A stretch of 55,993 bases of DNA, taken from Eubacteriales bacterium. Lineage in GTDB: Bacteria > Bacillota > Clostridia > Oscillospirales > CAG-272. The stretch spans positions 1-55,993 of the forward strand of contig JBMNUI010000004.1 in assembly GCA_050946195.1 (NCBI GenBank), given 5' to 3'. Below, one piece after another: positions 25,804 to 34,649 of this stretch. The notes below the pieces were generated by a model, which was not told where the DNA came from, searched no databases, and saw nothing but the letters and a program-made list of their open reading frames with translations. Position 1 is the stretch's first letter; every line of letters begins with the position of its first letter. The translations under genes were made by a program, and so were the position numbers.

Positions 25804-26871
25804 TTATGAAAGCACGCTCTTTGTCGCCCAGGCCGCAAGATATGTAAGAATGCCTGCAATTAGCGGTGAGCTGATCCATGAGATGGCGAGATTTCTCAGC
25901 ACCTTGAAGTTGACGTTTTTCGGGCTCTTGACAAGCCCCGCTCCCACAATTGCGCCGATGACCGCCTGAGAGACCGAAACCGGGATGCCAAAAAAGGTTC
26001 CCATGAGCACAATCCACACGGCCATTGAAATTATTACCAAAAAGCCCTCTATTTGCGAGAGCTGAGCGATGCTTGAGCCGACGGTTATCATGACCCGCTT
26101 TGAAAAGGTAAGCACCCCGAGCGCGATTGCCAACCCGCCGATGGTTGCGGTCAACCTGGGGTTGGTCAGCAGGTTGGTTGTGACGCCGTCGTTTACATGG
26201 TCATAATACAGTGCGGTGACATTTGCCGAGCTGTTCATTCCTATACTGTACGAGGCCAGAGCGCCGGCAAACAGATATCCTATTTTAATCAGCTTGTCGT
26301 ATCCCGCAAGTCTTGTAAGCCTAGGAACCAGAAACCTATTTGATAGAAAAACAATTGCAAAGGATATAACGGCGGCTCCAACGGGATTTATAATCCAGGT
26401 CGACAGGAACTTCAAAATTTGCGGGAGATTGACGGCAAGAACCTCCGGGTCGGCGTAATCGGCATGAAAGAGCCCCCAGCCTATTATGGCCCCGGTTATC
26501 GACTGGTTTGACGAAACCGACATCTTGAGGAATGTCATCCCGAACACTGTGAGCCCGGCGCAGAAAAAGATAATGGCGGCCTTGATGGCCGATTTCAGCG
26601 CCAGAGATGCTTCGGCGCCGTCCGAAACCGCGGCCGCGATTGCGTCGTCGGAGGCTATCACCTTATTGCTGACTGCAAGCTCGGATATGCTTGTTAAGTT
26701 ATTGCTGCCCGAAACAAAGGCTCCCAAGATGACGAATACCGCAATAATTATAACCGCGGTGCGATACCTGATGACTCTTGTTGCCACGGCGGTTCCGAAA
26801 GCGTTTGCCGCGTCGTTGGTTCCGAGCGACCACCCCATGAATACTCCGGCCAACAACAAAAGATACTTCAT
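25804..26871 (-). CDS. Inorganic phosphate transporter (PiT family)
   Basis: GTNDAANAFGTAVAT, G.NSSANV, GIPVS.SQAV.GAI.G.G. Confidence 0.9.
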   Translation of the reverse strand: MKYLLLLAGVFMGWSLGTNDAANAFGTAVATRVIRYRTAVIIIAVFVILGAFVSGSNNLTSISELAVSNKVIASDDAIAAAVSDGAEASLALKSAIKAAIIFFCAGLTVFGMTFLKMSVSSNQSITGAIIGWGLFHADYADPEVLAVNLPQILKFLSTWIINPVGAAVISFAIVFLSNRFLVPRLTRLAGYDKLIKIGYLFAGALASYSIGMNSSANVTALYYDHVNDGVTTNLLTNPRLTATIGGLAIALGVLTFSKRVMITVGSSIAQLSQIEGFLVIISMAVWIVLMGTFFGIPVSVSQAVIGAIVGAGLVKSPKNVNFKVLRNLAISWISSPLIAGILTYLAAWATKSVLS

Positions 26872-26878
26872 GGCGGTG

Positions 26879-27538
26879 CTATGTCTCTCTTTCTACGAGC
26901 ATGACCTGAATCTGGTCTGAAATATCTTCAATTATGTCGGATATCTGACATATATCACTGAGCAGGGTTCTGTAATAAACCTTCTCGCACAGCGTTATGT
27001 CAAGCTCAAATATCCGCTTGTGCAGCATATGCTCGATATTATCAACCTTGCTTTCTTCGCCACGGATGTCGTCAAGTATTTTTCTGTCCTTGAAAATGAC
27101 GTTATATTCGTTGAGCAGCTTGTCAACCGCGCTGTACATCAGGTCGAGCTGGTGTTTTGTTATTGTAATAATTTCAAGAATATCGGCGTGAAGGACCTTC
27201 GGGATCTCGGTCTTTTCAAGATACACCTGCCGGGCAATTTCCTGGCATTGATTTGCCACCTCGTCTGTGCTAACGACAAGTGAAATCAGCTCCGAGCGGG
27301 TTGCCGGCAAAAACGACTGGCTGAGCAGGTCGACGATATGCCGCAGCTCGAAGTCGGCAGCCTCCTCATAGTTGTCAATAGCGGTTTTGAGTGACTGGAG
27401 CGCATTAACGTCGGGAGAATCTTCCGAGAAAAGCAGCCTGAAAAACTCCTCGAATTTTTCATAGCAGTTCCTGACGTCATTCTGATGGTCGGTAAAGCGG
27501 CCGAGAACCTTTTGGTTTTTGTTTGAGAAAATGAACAT
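26879..27538 (-). CDS. DUF47 / PhoU-like phosphate transport regulator
   Basis: E..AD...R.I...L..SFLP..R..L..L....D.VA and EE..VD...ISD.IED patterns; immediately upstream of pit. Confidence 0.88.
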   Translation of the reverse strand: MFIFSNKNQKVLGRFTDHQNDVRNCYEKFEEFFRLLFSEDSPDVNALQSLKTAIDNYEEAADFELRHIVDLLSQSFLPATRSELISLVVSTDEVANQCQEIARQVYLEKTEIPKVLHADILEIITITKHQLDLMYSAVDKLLNEYNVIFKDRKILDDIRGEESKVDNIEHMLHKRIFELDITLCEKVYYRTLLSDICQISDIIEDISDQIQVMLVERET

Positions 27539-27676
27539 ATTACCCCCTCTCCTGCCGCCGGTGGCGGCCCGGTTCTCATTTCCCCGTCGCAATTTATTCC
27601 GGAAGCGAACGGGTACTTGGTTAGGACAAATTCAGTATTTGTTGCAATATTATTTTTTTTCAATTCTCCCGGTGTT

Positions 27677-27705
27677 ATTATACCAAAAAGGCGGCACTCT
27701 TGCAA
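27677..27705 (-). promoter_or_regulatory. sigma-A promoter of the DUF47-pit operon
   Basis: TTGCAA-N17-TATAAT with extended TG. Confidence 0.75.
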
Positions 27706-27811
27706 GCCCTGCCCGACCGATTGAGGCCTGTCTTTATATGGCATTATCTGGCTTTTTATACCAAGCCGGCCTGAAGGACGCGGCGTATGCCCGGCTCATG
27801 CAGCCGGCCGG

Positions 27812-27929
27812 CAAAAACATTCCCCCGCAGCAGGAACCTAAGGCAAGATGCTGCGGGGGCGGAAGATATTGCATTGTCAAGCAGGAGGAATGGAGAAAAG
27901 CACACAAATTGTCAAAATATATATCTTAT
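27812..27929 (-). ncRNA. Candidate small RNA with anti-SD loop
   Basis: Own perfect promoter, no credible ORF, UUUUCUCCAUUCCUCCU tract, 11-bp terminator stem with U-tract. Confidence 0.6.
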
Positions 27930-27935
27930 GAGCTT

Positions 27936-27964
27936 ATTATAGCATAATATGTTGCAGTTGTCAA
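27936..27964 (-). promoter_or_regulatory. sigma-A promoter of the candidate sRNA
   Basis: TTGACA-N17-TATAAT with extended TG, divergent from tRNA-Trp. Confidence 0.8.
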
Positions 27965-28016
27965 TGGTTTTGCAACGGCATCCGCCCGATATGACGTTTT
28001 TTTTCGCAAAATCCTC

Positions 28017-28045
28017 TTGAAAACAAAGAAATGCTGTGTTATAAT
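28017..28045 (+). promoter_or_regulatory. sigma-A promoter of tRNA-Trp
   Basis: TTGAAA-N17-TATAAT with extended TG. Confidence 0.8.
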
Positions 28046-28064
28046 ATGAAGGTCGAAAAAACAC

Positions 28065-28140
28065 AGGGGTGTAGCTCAGCTGGTAGAGTCGCGGTCTCCA
28101 AAACCGTTGGTCGAGGGTTCGAGTCCTTCCGCCCCTGCCA
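28065..28140 (+). tRNA. tRNA-Trp(CCA)
   Basis: AGGGGTGTAGCTCAGCTGGTAGAGTCGCGGT-CTCCAAA-ACCGT...GGTTCGAGTCC...CCA. Confidence 0.96.
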
Positions 28141-28141
28141 G

Positions 28142-28182
28142 AGAAAGACTCCAACTTGCCTGCAAGTTGGAGTCTTTCTGTT
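28142..28182 (+). terminator. Terminator after tRNA-Trp
   Basis: AGAAAGACTCCAACTTGC-ct-GCAAGTTGGAGTCTTTCT. Confidence 0.85.
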
Positions 28183-28252
28183 GTATTCGTCCGTGTTGCA
28201 GTTTTTTGCTGTGGCCTGCAATTATTTTCCTCATACCTCAACGTTTGGTTTA

Positions 28253-28281
28253 TTGCTTTTTTAAACTTCGGGTGATATAAT
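28253..28281 (+). promoter_or_regulatory. sigma-A promoter of the ABC exporter pair
   Basis: TTGCTT-N17-TATAAT with extended TG. Confidence 0.7.
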
Positions 28282-28317
28282 TTTAAAGAATATGCTCAAG
28301 GGGAACATACTCACTTT

Positions 28318-30159
28318 ATGATAGAACAAAAGAAAAACAAAGAAAGGGGCAGGGCCATTGAGAGGGCGAGGCTGCTCTGGAACCTGCTTTGCGGCTCGAA
28401 GAAGTACTTTGTCATTTGTATTGCCGCCTCCTTTCTGGTTGCCGCCTGCGATATGCTCCTGCCTCAGATTATCAGGACGACGATTGACAGTGTTATCGGC
28501 GACAAAGAGACTGACGCCCCCGGGTTTTTACTAAAACTGATTGATCTTGCGGGCGGGGTTGACGCTCTGGCCTCGAAAATCTGGCTGATTGCCCTCTCAA
28601 TCGTTGTTATCGCGGCGCTTCAGGCGCTTTTCAGGTATGTGACAATCACAAGCAACACCCGCGGCGGGGAAATCCTGCTCAAGGGCATGCGCGACAAGCT
28701 TTTCTCGCACATTCAAAGGCTGCCGTACTCCTGGCACATGAAAAACCAGACCGGCGACATAATCCAGCGCTGCACTTCTGACGTAGATGTTATCAAGAAC
28801 TTTGTTTCAGACCAGCTCACCTCGGTTTTCAGGATCATCATACTTATCGTCTTCTCACTTTTCTGCATGTATTACATGGACCTGAGGCTGGCGACAATCG
28901 CCGCCCTGTCTGTGCCGGTGATTGTCGGCTATTCGGCCTATTTTTACAGCAGAATGAGCAAATCCTTTCTTGTCTGCGACGAACATGAGGGGGTTCTCTC
29001 GACCATCGCCCAGGAGAACCTGACCGGCGTGCGGGTGGTCCGCGCCTTCGGCCGTGAGGTTTTCGAGAGGGACCGCTTTGAAAAGCAAAACAACATATAC
29101 ACCGACGCCTGGCTGAAACTCTGCCGGCTGCTGACCGCCTACTGGTCGTCGGGAGACCTGCTCTCGGGGCTGCAGGTGGCGCTGGTCTTTGTCTTCGGCA
29201 CGGTTTTTTGTGTCCGGGGGACCCTGACCGAGGGCGAGCTTATAGCCTTTATCTCGTACAGCTACATATTGATGTGGCCGGTGCGCCGGCTCGGGCGGAT
29301 GATTGCCGAGATGAGCAAGGCCGGCGTCTCGATTGACCGTATCGCCCACATACTCGACTCCCCGCAGGAGGCCGACAAGCCCGGCGCCCTCTGCCCGGAC
29401 ATGAGGGCCGATATCGAGTTCTCGCATGTCACATTCGCCTATGAGGAGGGCAAGGAGGTCCTCTCGGACGTCTCCTTCAAAATCCCGAAGGGGACGGTGT
29501 TCGGGATACTCGGGGCAACCGGTTCGGGGAAAAGCACGCTCGTGCACCTTTTGTGCCGGCTCTATGACCTGCCGCCCGAAAACGGGAAAATCACAATCGG
29601 GGGCGTGGATGTTGCCGACATCAAGGCGTCTTGGCTGAGAAAGAATATCGGAATCGTGCTTCAGGAGCCCTTTTTGTTCTCCCGCACTCTGGGTGAGAAT
29701 GTAAAGATTGCCGCCGAGAACTGCACCGACGAGCAGCTCGAGGAGGCGGCGGCGACCGCCTGCCTTGATACGACTGTCAAAAGCTTCACGCAGGGCTGGG
29801 ACACACTGGTGGGAGAGCGGGGGGTTACGCTCTCGGGCGGGCAGAAGCAGCGGGTGGCGATAGCCCGGATGCTCCTGAAAAACTCGCCGATAATGATCCT
29901 CGACGACTCGCTCTCGGCGGTGGACACCGAAACCGACGAAAAAATCCGCACCGCGCTAAAAAAGCACTTCGGAGATGCCACAGTTATACTTATCTCCCAC
30001 CGCATTACCACCCTTATGCTGGCAAATCAAATCATTGTGCTCGACAAGGGCAGGATAGTCGAGTCGGGAACCCATGAGCAGCTGATCGAGCAAAACGGCA
30101 TCTACAAGAAGATTTATGACCTGCAAATGAAGATGGAGGAGGCTGAGATAGATGCCTGA
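28318..30159 (+). CDS. Heterodimeric ABC exporter, TMD-NBD subunit 1
   Basis: TM domain; GATGSGKS, LSGGQKQR, ILDDSLSAVD (degenerate Walker B), ISHR. Confidence 0.93.
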   Translation: MIEQKKNKERGRAIERARLLWNLLCGSKKYFVICIAASFLVAACDMLLPQIIRTTIDSVIGDKETDAPGFLLKLIDLAGGVDALASKIWLIALSIVVIAALQALFRYVTITSNTRGGEILLKGMRDKLFSHIQRLPYSWHMKNQTGDIIQRCTSDVDVIKNFVSDQLTSVFRIIILIVFSLFCMYYMDLRLATIAALSVPVIVGYSAYFYSRMSKSFLVCDEHEGVLSTIAQENLTGVRVVRAFGREVFERDRFEKQNNIYTDAWLKLCRLLTAYWSSGDLLSGLQVALVFVFGTVFCVRGTLTEGELIAFISYSYILMWPVRRLGRMIAEMSKAGVSIDRIAHILDSPQEADKPGALCPDMRADIEFSHVTFAYEEGKEVLSDVSFKIPKGTVFGILGATGSGKSTLVHLLCRLYDLPPENGKITIGGVDVADIKASWLRKNIGIVLQEPFLFSRTLGENVKIAAENCTDEQLEEAAATACLDTTVKSFTQGWDTLVGERGVTLSGGQKQRVAIARMLLKNSPIMILDDSLSAVDTETDEKIRTALKKHFGDATVILISHRITTLMLANQIIVLDKGRIVESGTHEQLIEQNGIYKKIYDLQMKMEEAEIDA

Positions 30160-31990
30160 ACAATCTGAGCATATTGACAGCTTCAAGCCCCTTCCGTATT
30201 TCGGGCTTAACAAGCTGTTGCCCTACATAAGGCGCCACCGTGTCGCGATGATTCGGATGGTGGTGTTTGCGGCGGCGGGAATAGCGGCGGACACCATTAT
30301 GCCGCTGTTCCAGCGGTATGCCATCAACAATTTCATAGCCAAGTCCACGCTTGACGGCCTTGGGCTGTTCGTGGTGTTCTTCTGCGGCGCACTTGTGCTG
30401 CAGGTTGTCTTCAACTTCATCTCACTTTACAGCGCCTGCCACATCGAGCTCTGTGTCGGGCGGGACATGAGAAGGGACTGCTTCAACCACCTGCAGACCC
30501 TCTCGCTCTCCTACTTCAACCAAAGCAGCGTGGGCTACATCCATTCACGGCTGATGAGCGACACCTCGCGGATTTCCGCGGTCGTCTCCTGGAGTCTGGC
30601 CGACGGCGTCTGGAATATCAGCTATCTGATTTTTGCCGGCATCATTATGCTCAGGCTCAACGCAAAGCTTGCGTTCTGCGTTCTGGTGATAATACCCTTC
30701 GTGGCGGTTTTTTCGGCCTTTTTTCAGAGGAAGCTGCTGCACTTAAACCGCAAAATCAGGGAGACGAACTCAAAAATTACCGCGGGATTTAACGAGGGCA
30801 TTACCGGTGCCAAAACCACCAAGACCCTTGTTACCGAAGAGAAAATGGAACGCGAATTCAGCTCGCTGACCCGGGAAATGAAAGAGCTCGGGATACGCGC
30901 CGCCCGCGTGCGCTCGCTGTTTGTCTCGGTTATATCCTTCTCGGCAACCGTGGCGCTGGCGCTGGTACTCTGGCGTGGCGGGATTATCACCATGGAACAG
31001 CTCTTTGAAATCGGCACCCTTTCGGTATTTATGACCTATGCTATTAACATGATGGAGCCGATACAGTGGTTTGTGAACGCCATTGCCCAGCTTGTCAACG
31101 CGCAGGTCAACATTGAGCGGTTCAGCCGGCTGATGGAGACAAAGCCCGATGTCCGCGATACCCCCGAGGTCATAGAAAAATACGGCGACACGTTCAACCC
31201 CAAACGCGAAAACTGGGAGCCGCTATACGGCGACATCGAATTTTGCGACGTCAGTTTCAAATACCCGGACGGGGACGAATATGTGCTCGAGCACTTCAAT
31301 CTTAAAGTGAAAAAAGGCACGAAAGTGGCTATCGTCGGCGAGACCGGTGCAGGGAAGAGCACCCTGATTAATCTTCTCTGCCGCTTCTACGAGCCGACCG
31401 AGGGGAAAATTCTCATAGACGGGCGGGATGTGCGCGAGCGCTCGCTGCTCTGGCTGCACAGCAATATAGGCTATGTGCTGCAGACCCCGCACCTCTTTTC
31501 GGGCACGATTGCCGAGAACCTGCGCTACGGCAAGCCCGACGCCACCGAAGAGGAGCTCTGGCGCGCGCTTGAGAGCGTCTCTGCCGACGGGATCGTGCGG
31601 CGCATGGAGCACGGGCTTGACAGCAAGGTCGGAGAGGGCGGCGACCTGCTCTCGACCGGAGAAAAGCAACTCGTCTCCTTTGCCCGCGCCCTACTCACCG
31701 ACCCGCGCATATTCGTGCTCGACGAGGCGACCTCCTCAGTCGACACCATGACCGAAGGGCTGATACAGCGGGCTATCGAAAAGGTGATGGAAGGCAGGAC
31801 CTCCTTCATCGTGGCGCACCGGCTCTCCACAATCCGCCGCGCCGATATCATCCTTGTGTTCAAGGACGGTAAAATAATCGAGAGCGGCAACCACGCCGAG
31901 TTGATAGCCAGACGCGGCGTCTACTACAACCTCTACACCCGCCAGTTCCAGGAGGAAGCGGTCATGGATGTCATGGGCGGCAGCGGCTAA
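30152..31990 (+). CDS. Heterodimeric ABC exporter, TMD-NBD subunit 2
   Basis: GETGAGKS, LSTGEKQ (degenerate signature), VLDEATSSVD, VAHRLST; overlaps subunit 1, BmrCD/TM287-288-like asymmetry. Confidence 0.93.
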   Translation: MPEQSEHIDSFKPLPYFGLNKLLPYIRRHRVAMIRMVVFAAAGIAADTIMPLFQRYAINNFIAKSTLDGLGLFVVFFCGALVLQVVFNFISLYSACHIELCVGRDMRRDCFNHLQTLSLSYFNQSSVGYIHSRLMSDTSRISAVVSWSLADGVWNISYLIFAGIIMLRLNAKLAFCVLVIIPFVAVFSAFFQRKLLHLNRKIRETNSKITAGFNEGITGAKTTKTLVTEEKMEREFSSLTREMKELGIRAARVRSLFVSVISFSATVALALVLWRGGIITMEQLFEIGTLSVFMTYAINMMEPIQWFVNAIAQLVNAQVNIERFSRLMETKPDVRDTPEVIEKYGDTFNPKRENWEPLYGDIEFCDVSFKYPDGDEYVLEHFNLKVKKGTKVAIVGETGAGKSTLINLLCRFYEPTEGKILIDGRDVRERSLLWLHSNIGYVLQTPHLFSGTIAENLRYGKPDATEEELWRALESVSADGIVRRMEHGLDSKVGEGGDLLSTGEKQLVSFARALLTDPRIFVLDEATSSVDTMTEGLIQRAIEKVMEGRTSFIVAHRLSTIRRADIILVFKDGKIIESGNHAELIARRGVYYNLYTRQFQEEAVMDVMGGSG

Positions 31991-31995
31991 TTAAA

Positions 31996-32102
31996 GCGGG
32001 GCTCCGCCCCACACCCGCTTTTCTTCGGGGGCGCCTGCCCCCAAACCCCCGCTCAAGGAACTTTTTTGAAAAAAAGTTCCTTGAGAATCCTCAAAAAACT
32101 TT
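31996..32102 (+). repeat. Dispersed palindromic repeat, copy 5 (extra hairpin-1 module plus a complete element)
   Basis: GCGGGGCTCCGCCCCACACCCGC, then CGGGGGCGCCTGCCCCCAAACCCCCG-CTCAAGGAACTTTTTTGAAAAAAAGTTCCTTGAG-AATCCTCAAAAAACTTT. Confidence 0.85.
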
Positions 32103-32340
32103 CAAACCTATATTGCAAATAACACAATGCGGCACCGTATCCAGTGACCGGCTGCCATTAACTCACCGTCCGGCTGATTCCCATAAATGTTAACAGGTCA
32201 CCCATTAGACACCATTCGGGTTTTGGATATTTCTGTCTTAATGGCGAGCCTTTCATAATCAAAGCCGCGATAAGCGCAAGGCTTCGATAATTGTGTTCTT
32301 TGATAACCCCGCTCATTATGATTTGCTTCGTTCGCGGCAA

Positions 32341-32425
32341 GAGGAAGGGGGTTCTCAGGGCGGAAACCATAGGTTTCCCACTGAGCGTGTTGGTTCGTTT
32401 CTTTGTGCGCACAAAGAAATGAACA
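32341..32425 (-). repeat. Second type of two-hairpin palindromic element
   Basis: Minus strand GTTCATTTCTTTGTG-cg-CACAAAGAAACGAAC, CTCAGTGGGAAACC-tat-GGTTTCCGCCCTGAG, AACCCCC; single copy in this window. Confidence 0.5.
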
Positions 32426-32443
32426 AGAATTAAAAGTTAAAAT

Positions 32444-32478
32444 AAAAAACCGGCGTGCGGGGCAACATCCCGCACGCC
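32444..32478 (-). terminator. Terminator of the isomerase-oxidoreductase operon
   Basis: GGCGTGCGGG...CCCGCACGCC hairpin with minus-strand T-tract. Confidence 0.75.
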
Positions 32479-32498
32479 TCTTATGCGTTAAATACCTG

Positions 32499-33677
32499 TT
32501 ATATCTCCGGAATAAGCACCTCAACCTCGCGCCCGAGCTTGGCCGACTTCGCAATGGCGTCGATAATTGCCTGATTGTAGAGAATCTGCTCGCTGGGTAT
32601 CGGCGCCGGAGTGTTGTTTTTAATCGCGTCGAGGAAGGTGCGGATCTTCATCTCAAAGAGGCTCTTCTTCATGGGGATAATGGGAATTTCGGTCTCAACC
32701 TGCTGTCCGCAGACCTCGCGATATATCTTCATCGGCCCGCCGACCGTGCCGTTCCAGCACTCGGTCGAGGGAATGCGCAGACCTCCCTTTGTGCCGAGAA
32801 TGAGCGTGTCGCCCGAGGTGTCCATGTTCATGGCCCAGGAGATCCTGAAGTCGAGTATAATATCGCCCTCAAGCCGGACAAAAGCGGCTGCAAAGTCGTC
32901 GACCCCGAAAATCTTGGCATGCTCGGCACGCTTGTTGGTCCTGTATCCGCTGTAGTTCGGGTCCTTGCCGAAGAAGCTTGAGGTGTAGCCGGTGACGGTC
33001 AGCGGTTTGGGGTAGCCTATGGCATTGAGCACCATGTCGAGCGAGTAGCAGCCGATGTCGCCCAGCGCTCCGATTCCGGCGGTATTCGGGTCAATAAAGG
33101 AGGTTCCGAAGGGGGTCGGGATGCCGCGGCGGCGGCCGCCACCCGTCTGGATGTAGTAAACCCGGCCGAGCTCGCCCGACTCGACAATCTTTTTTATCAT
33201 CTTCATGTTCTCGTCAAAGCGGGGCTGGAAGCCGTGGGTGAGTATTTTGCCGCTCTTTTTCTCTGCCCTGACCACCTCGACGGCCTCATCAAGCGTTACC
33301 GTGAAGGGCTTCTCAAGCAGCACGTTTACTCCCTTCTCGAGCGCGTAGATTGCAGGGGCGGCGTGCTGGCGGTTGTATGTGCAGATGCTGACCGCGTCGA
33401 GCTTGAGCGACTTGTCGTCCAGCATCTCCTTGTGGGAGGCATAATCGGTTTTGACTCCCCCAAGCCCGTGTTTTTTAAAGAATGCGGCGGCCTTGCCGGG
33501 GATGAGGTCGGCCCCCGCCACAATTTCCACGTCGGGCTGGGCAAGGTAGGCCTTGATGTGTGCGTCGGCAATCCACCCGCAGCCGATAATGCCGACTCTG
33601 AGCTTCCTGTCCGTGCTGATTTTCTCGACGGTCTGGTCTTCTTTAAAGGCGTTGAGTATGGCGTCGTCCTTTCCCAT
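32499..33677 (-). CDS. Gfo/Idh/MocA family oxidoreductase
   Basis: VGIIGCGWIA, DAVSICT, VLLEKP, GALGDIGCYSLD. Confidence 0.92.
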   Translation of the reverse strand: MGKDDAILNAFKEDQTVEKISTDRKLRVGIIGCGWIADAHIKAYLAQPDVEIVAGADLIPGKAAAFFKKHGLGGVKTDYASHKEMLDDKSLKLDAVSICTYNRQHAAPAIYALEKGVNVLLEKPFTVTLDEAVEVVRAEKKSGKILTHGFQPRFDENMKMIKKIVESGELGRVYYIQTGGGRRRGIPTPFGTSFIDPNTAGIGALGDIGCYSLDMVLNAIGYPKPLTVTGYTSSFFGKDPNYSGYRTNKRAEHAKIFGVDDFAAAFVRLEGDIILDFRISWAMNMDTSGDTLILGTKGGLRIPSTECWNGTVGGPMKIYREVCGQQVETEIPIIPMKKSLFEMKIRTFLDAIKNNTPAPIPSEQILYNQAIIDAIAKSAKLGREVEVLIPEI

Positions 33678-33692
33678 GTCAAAATACCTCTC

Positions 33693-34508
33693 TTATTTGT
33701 TTATTGTCCCAAGGTAATCAATGCTTTCTTTAATGCACTCAAGTGGTGTGAGCCCCATGCTCGGGCTGTCCAGCTCGACCACAACCCACTCGCAGCCGGC
33801 GTCGCGTGCCGCCGCAAGTATGGCCGGCATATCCTGAAGCCCCTTGCCGAGCGGCCGGTATTCAAAGTTCTTCGGGCGCACCGGCGCCTTGTTTTCGACG
33901 CCTATGAGCTCATATGCCGCGCCCGAGCGGTCTCCCCAGAAGTCCTTGAGGTGCAGCACCGGAGCGCGCCCCGAATACTTCCTGATGTAGGCCGCCGGGT
34001 CCTCGCCGCCCACATTCACCCAGCAGGTGTCAAGCTGGGTGCCAAGAAGGTCGGCGGGGATTGTCTCGTACATTATGTCAAGCCCGTACTTGCCGTCAAT
34101 TTTTATAAACTCAAAATCATGGTTGTGATAAAGCAGTCTGAGGCCGAGCGCCTTTGCGGCCTTTGCAATTGTTTCAATGAACCCGAGCACATACGGGAAG
34201 TTGGGCGTGCCGGGGCGATGCGGCTCCTTGAGGTGGGGGATTGCCACATACCTGCAGCCTATCTCGACATACTGCGAGAGCACACCGACCGGGTCCTGCA
34301 GCAGGTCGTAATACGAGACATGCGCCGAGATCGGTTCAAGTCCGACCTCCCGGCACATCGTCCTGACAGCCGCCGGTGCGTTGCCGTATAGCCCGGCAAA
34401 CTCCACGCCGTCATATCCCATTTCTTTGATTTTTTCAAGCGTTCCGCGCAAATCCTTTTCCGCATCCCAGCGCACCGAATATAGCTGAACAGCTACCGGA
34501 AATGACAT
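33693..34508 (-). CDS. Sugar phosphate isomerase/epimerase (xylose isomerase-like TIM barrel)
   Basis: VQLYSVR, GYDGVEFAG, YHNHDFEF, LDTCW, HLKD, VVELD. Confidence 0.9.
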   Translation of the reverse strand: MSFPVAVQLYSVRWDAEKDLRGTLEKIKEMGYDGVEFAGLYGNAPAAVRTMCREVGLEPISAHVSYYDLLQDPVGVLSQYVEIGCRYVAIPHLKEPHRPGTPNFPYVLGFIETIAKAAKALGLRLLYHNHDFEFIKIDGKYGLDIMYETIPADLLGTQLDTCWVNVGGEDPAAYIRKYSGRAPVLHLKDFWGDRSGAAYELIGVENKAPVRPKNFEYRPLGKGLQDMPAILAAARDAGCEWVVVELDSPSMGLTPLECIKESIDYLGTINK

Positions 34509-34649
34509 GATACCGCCTCTCCTTTCAGGTATTGTTGAGTCCTTTCGGCCGGCGCACACCACCGGCTGTTCTACCATTAATTATAAATTACCCCAAAGAC
34601 CAATTCAAGACATCTGATGACATTTATCAGACAAATATTGCTATGCTGG

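Noticed and set aside
27883-27931. Plus-strand mini-ORF MEKSTQIVKIYIL after AGGAGG
   Set aside because: The ATG is only 1 nt from the SD and there is no plus-strand promoter. The signals fit the minus-strand sRNA better.
32158-32412. 84-aa minus-strand ORF in the repeat-rich gap
   Set aside because: It starts inside a palindromic element, lacks an RBS and has no recognisable motif.
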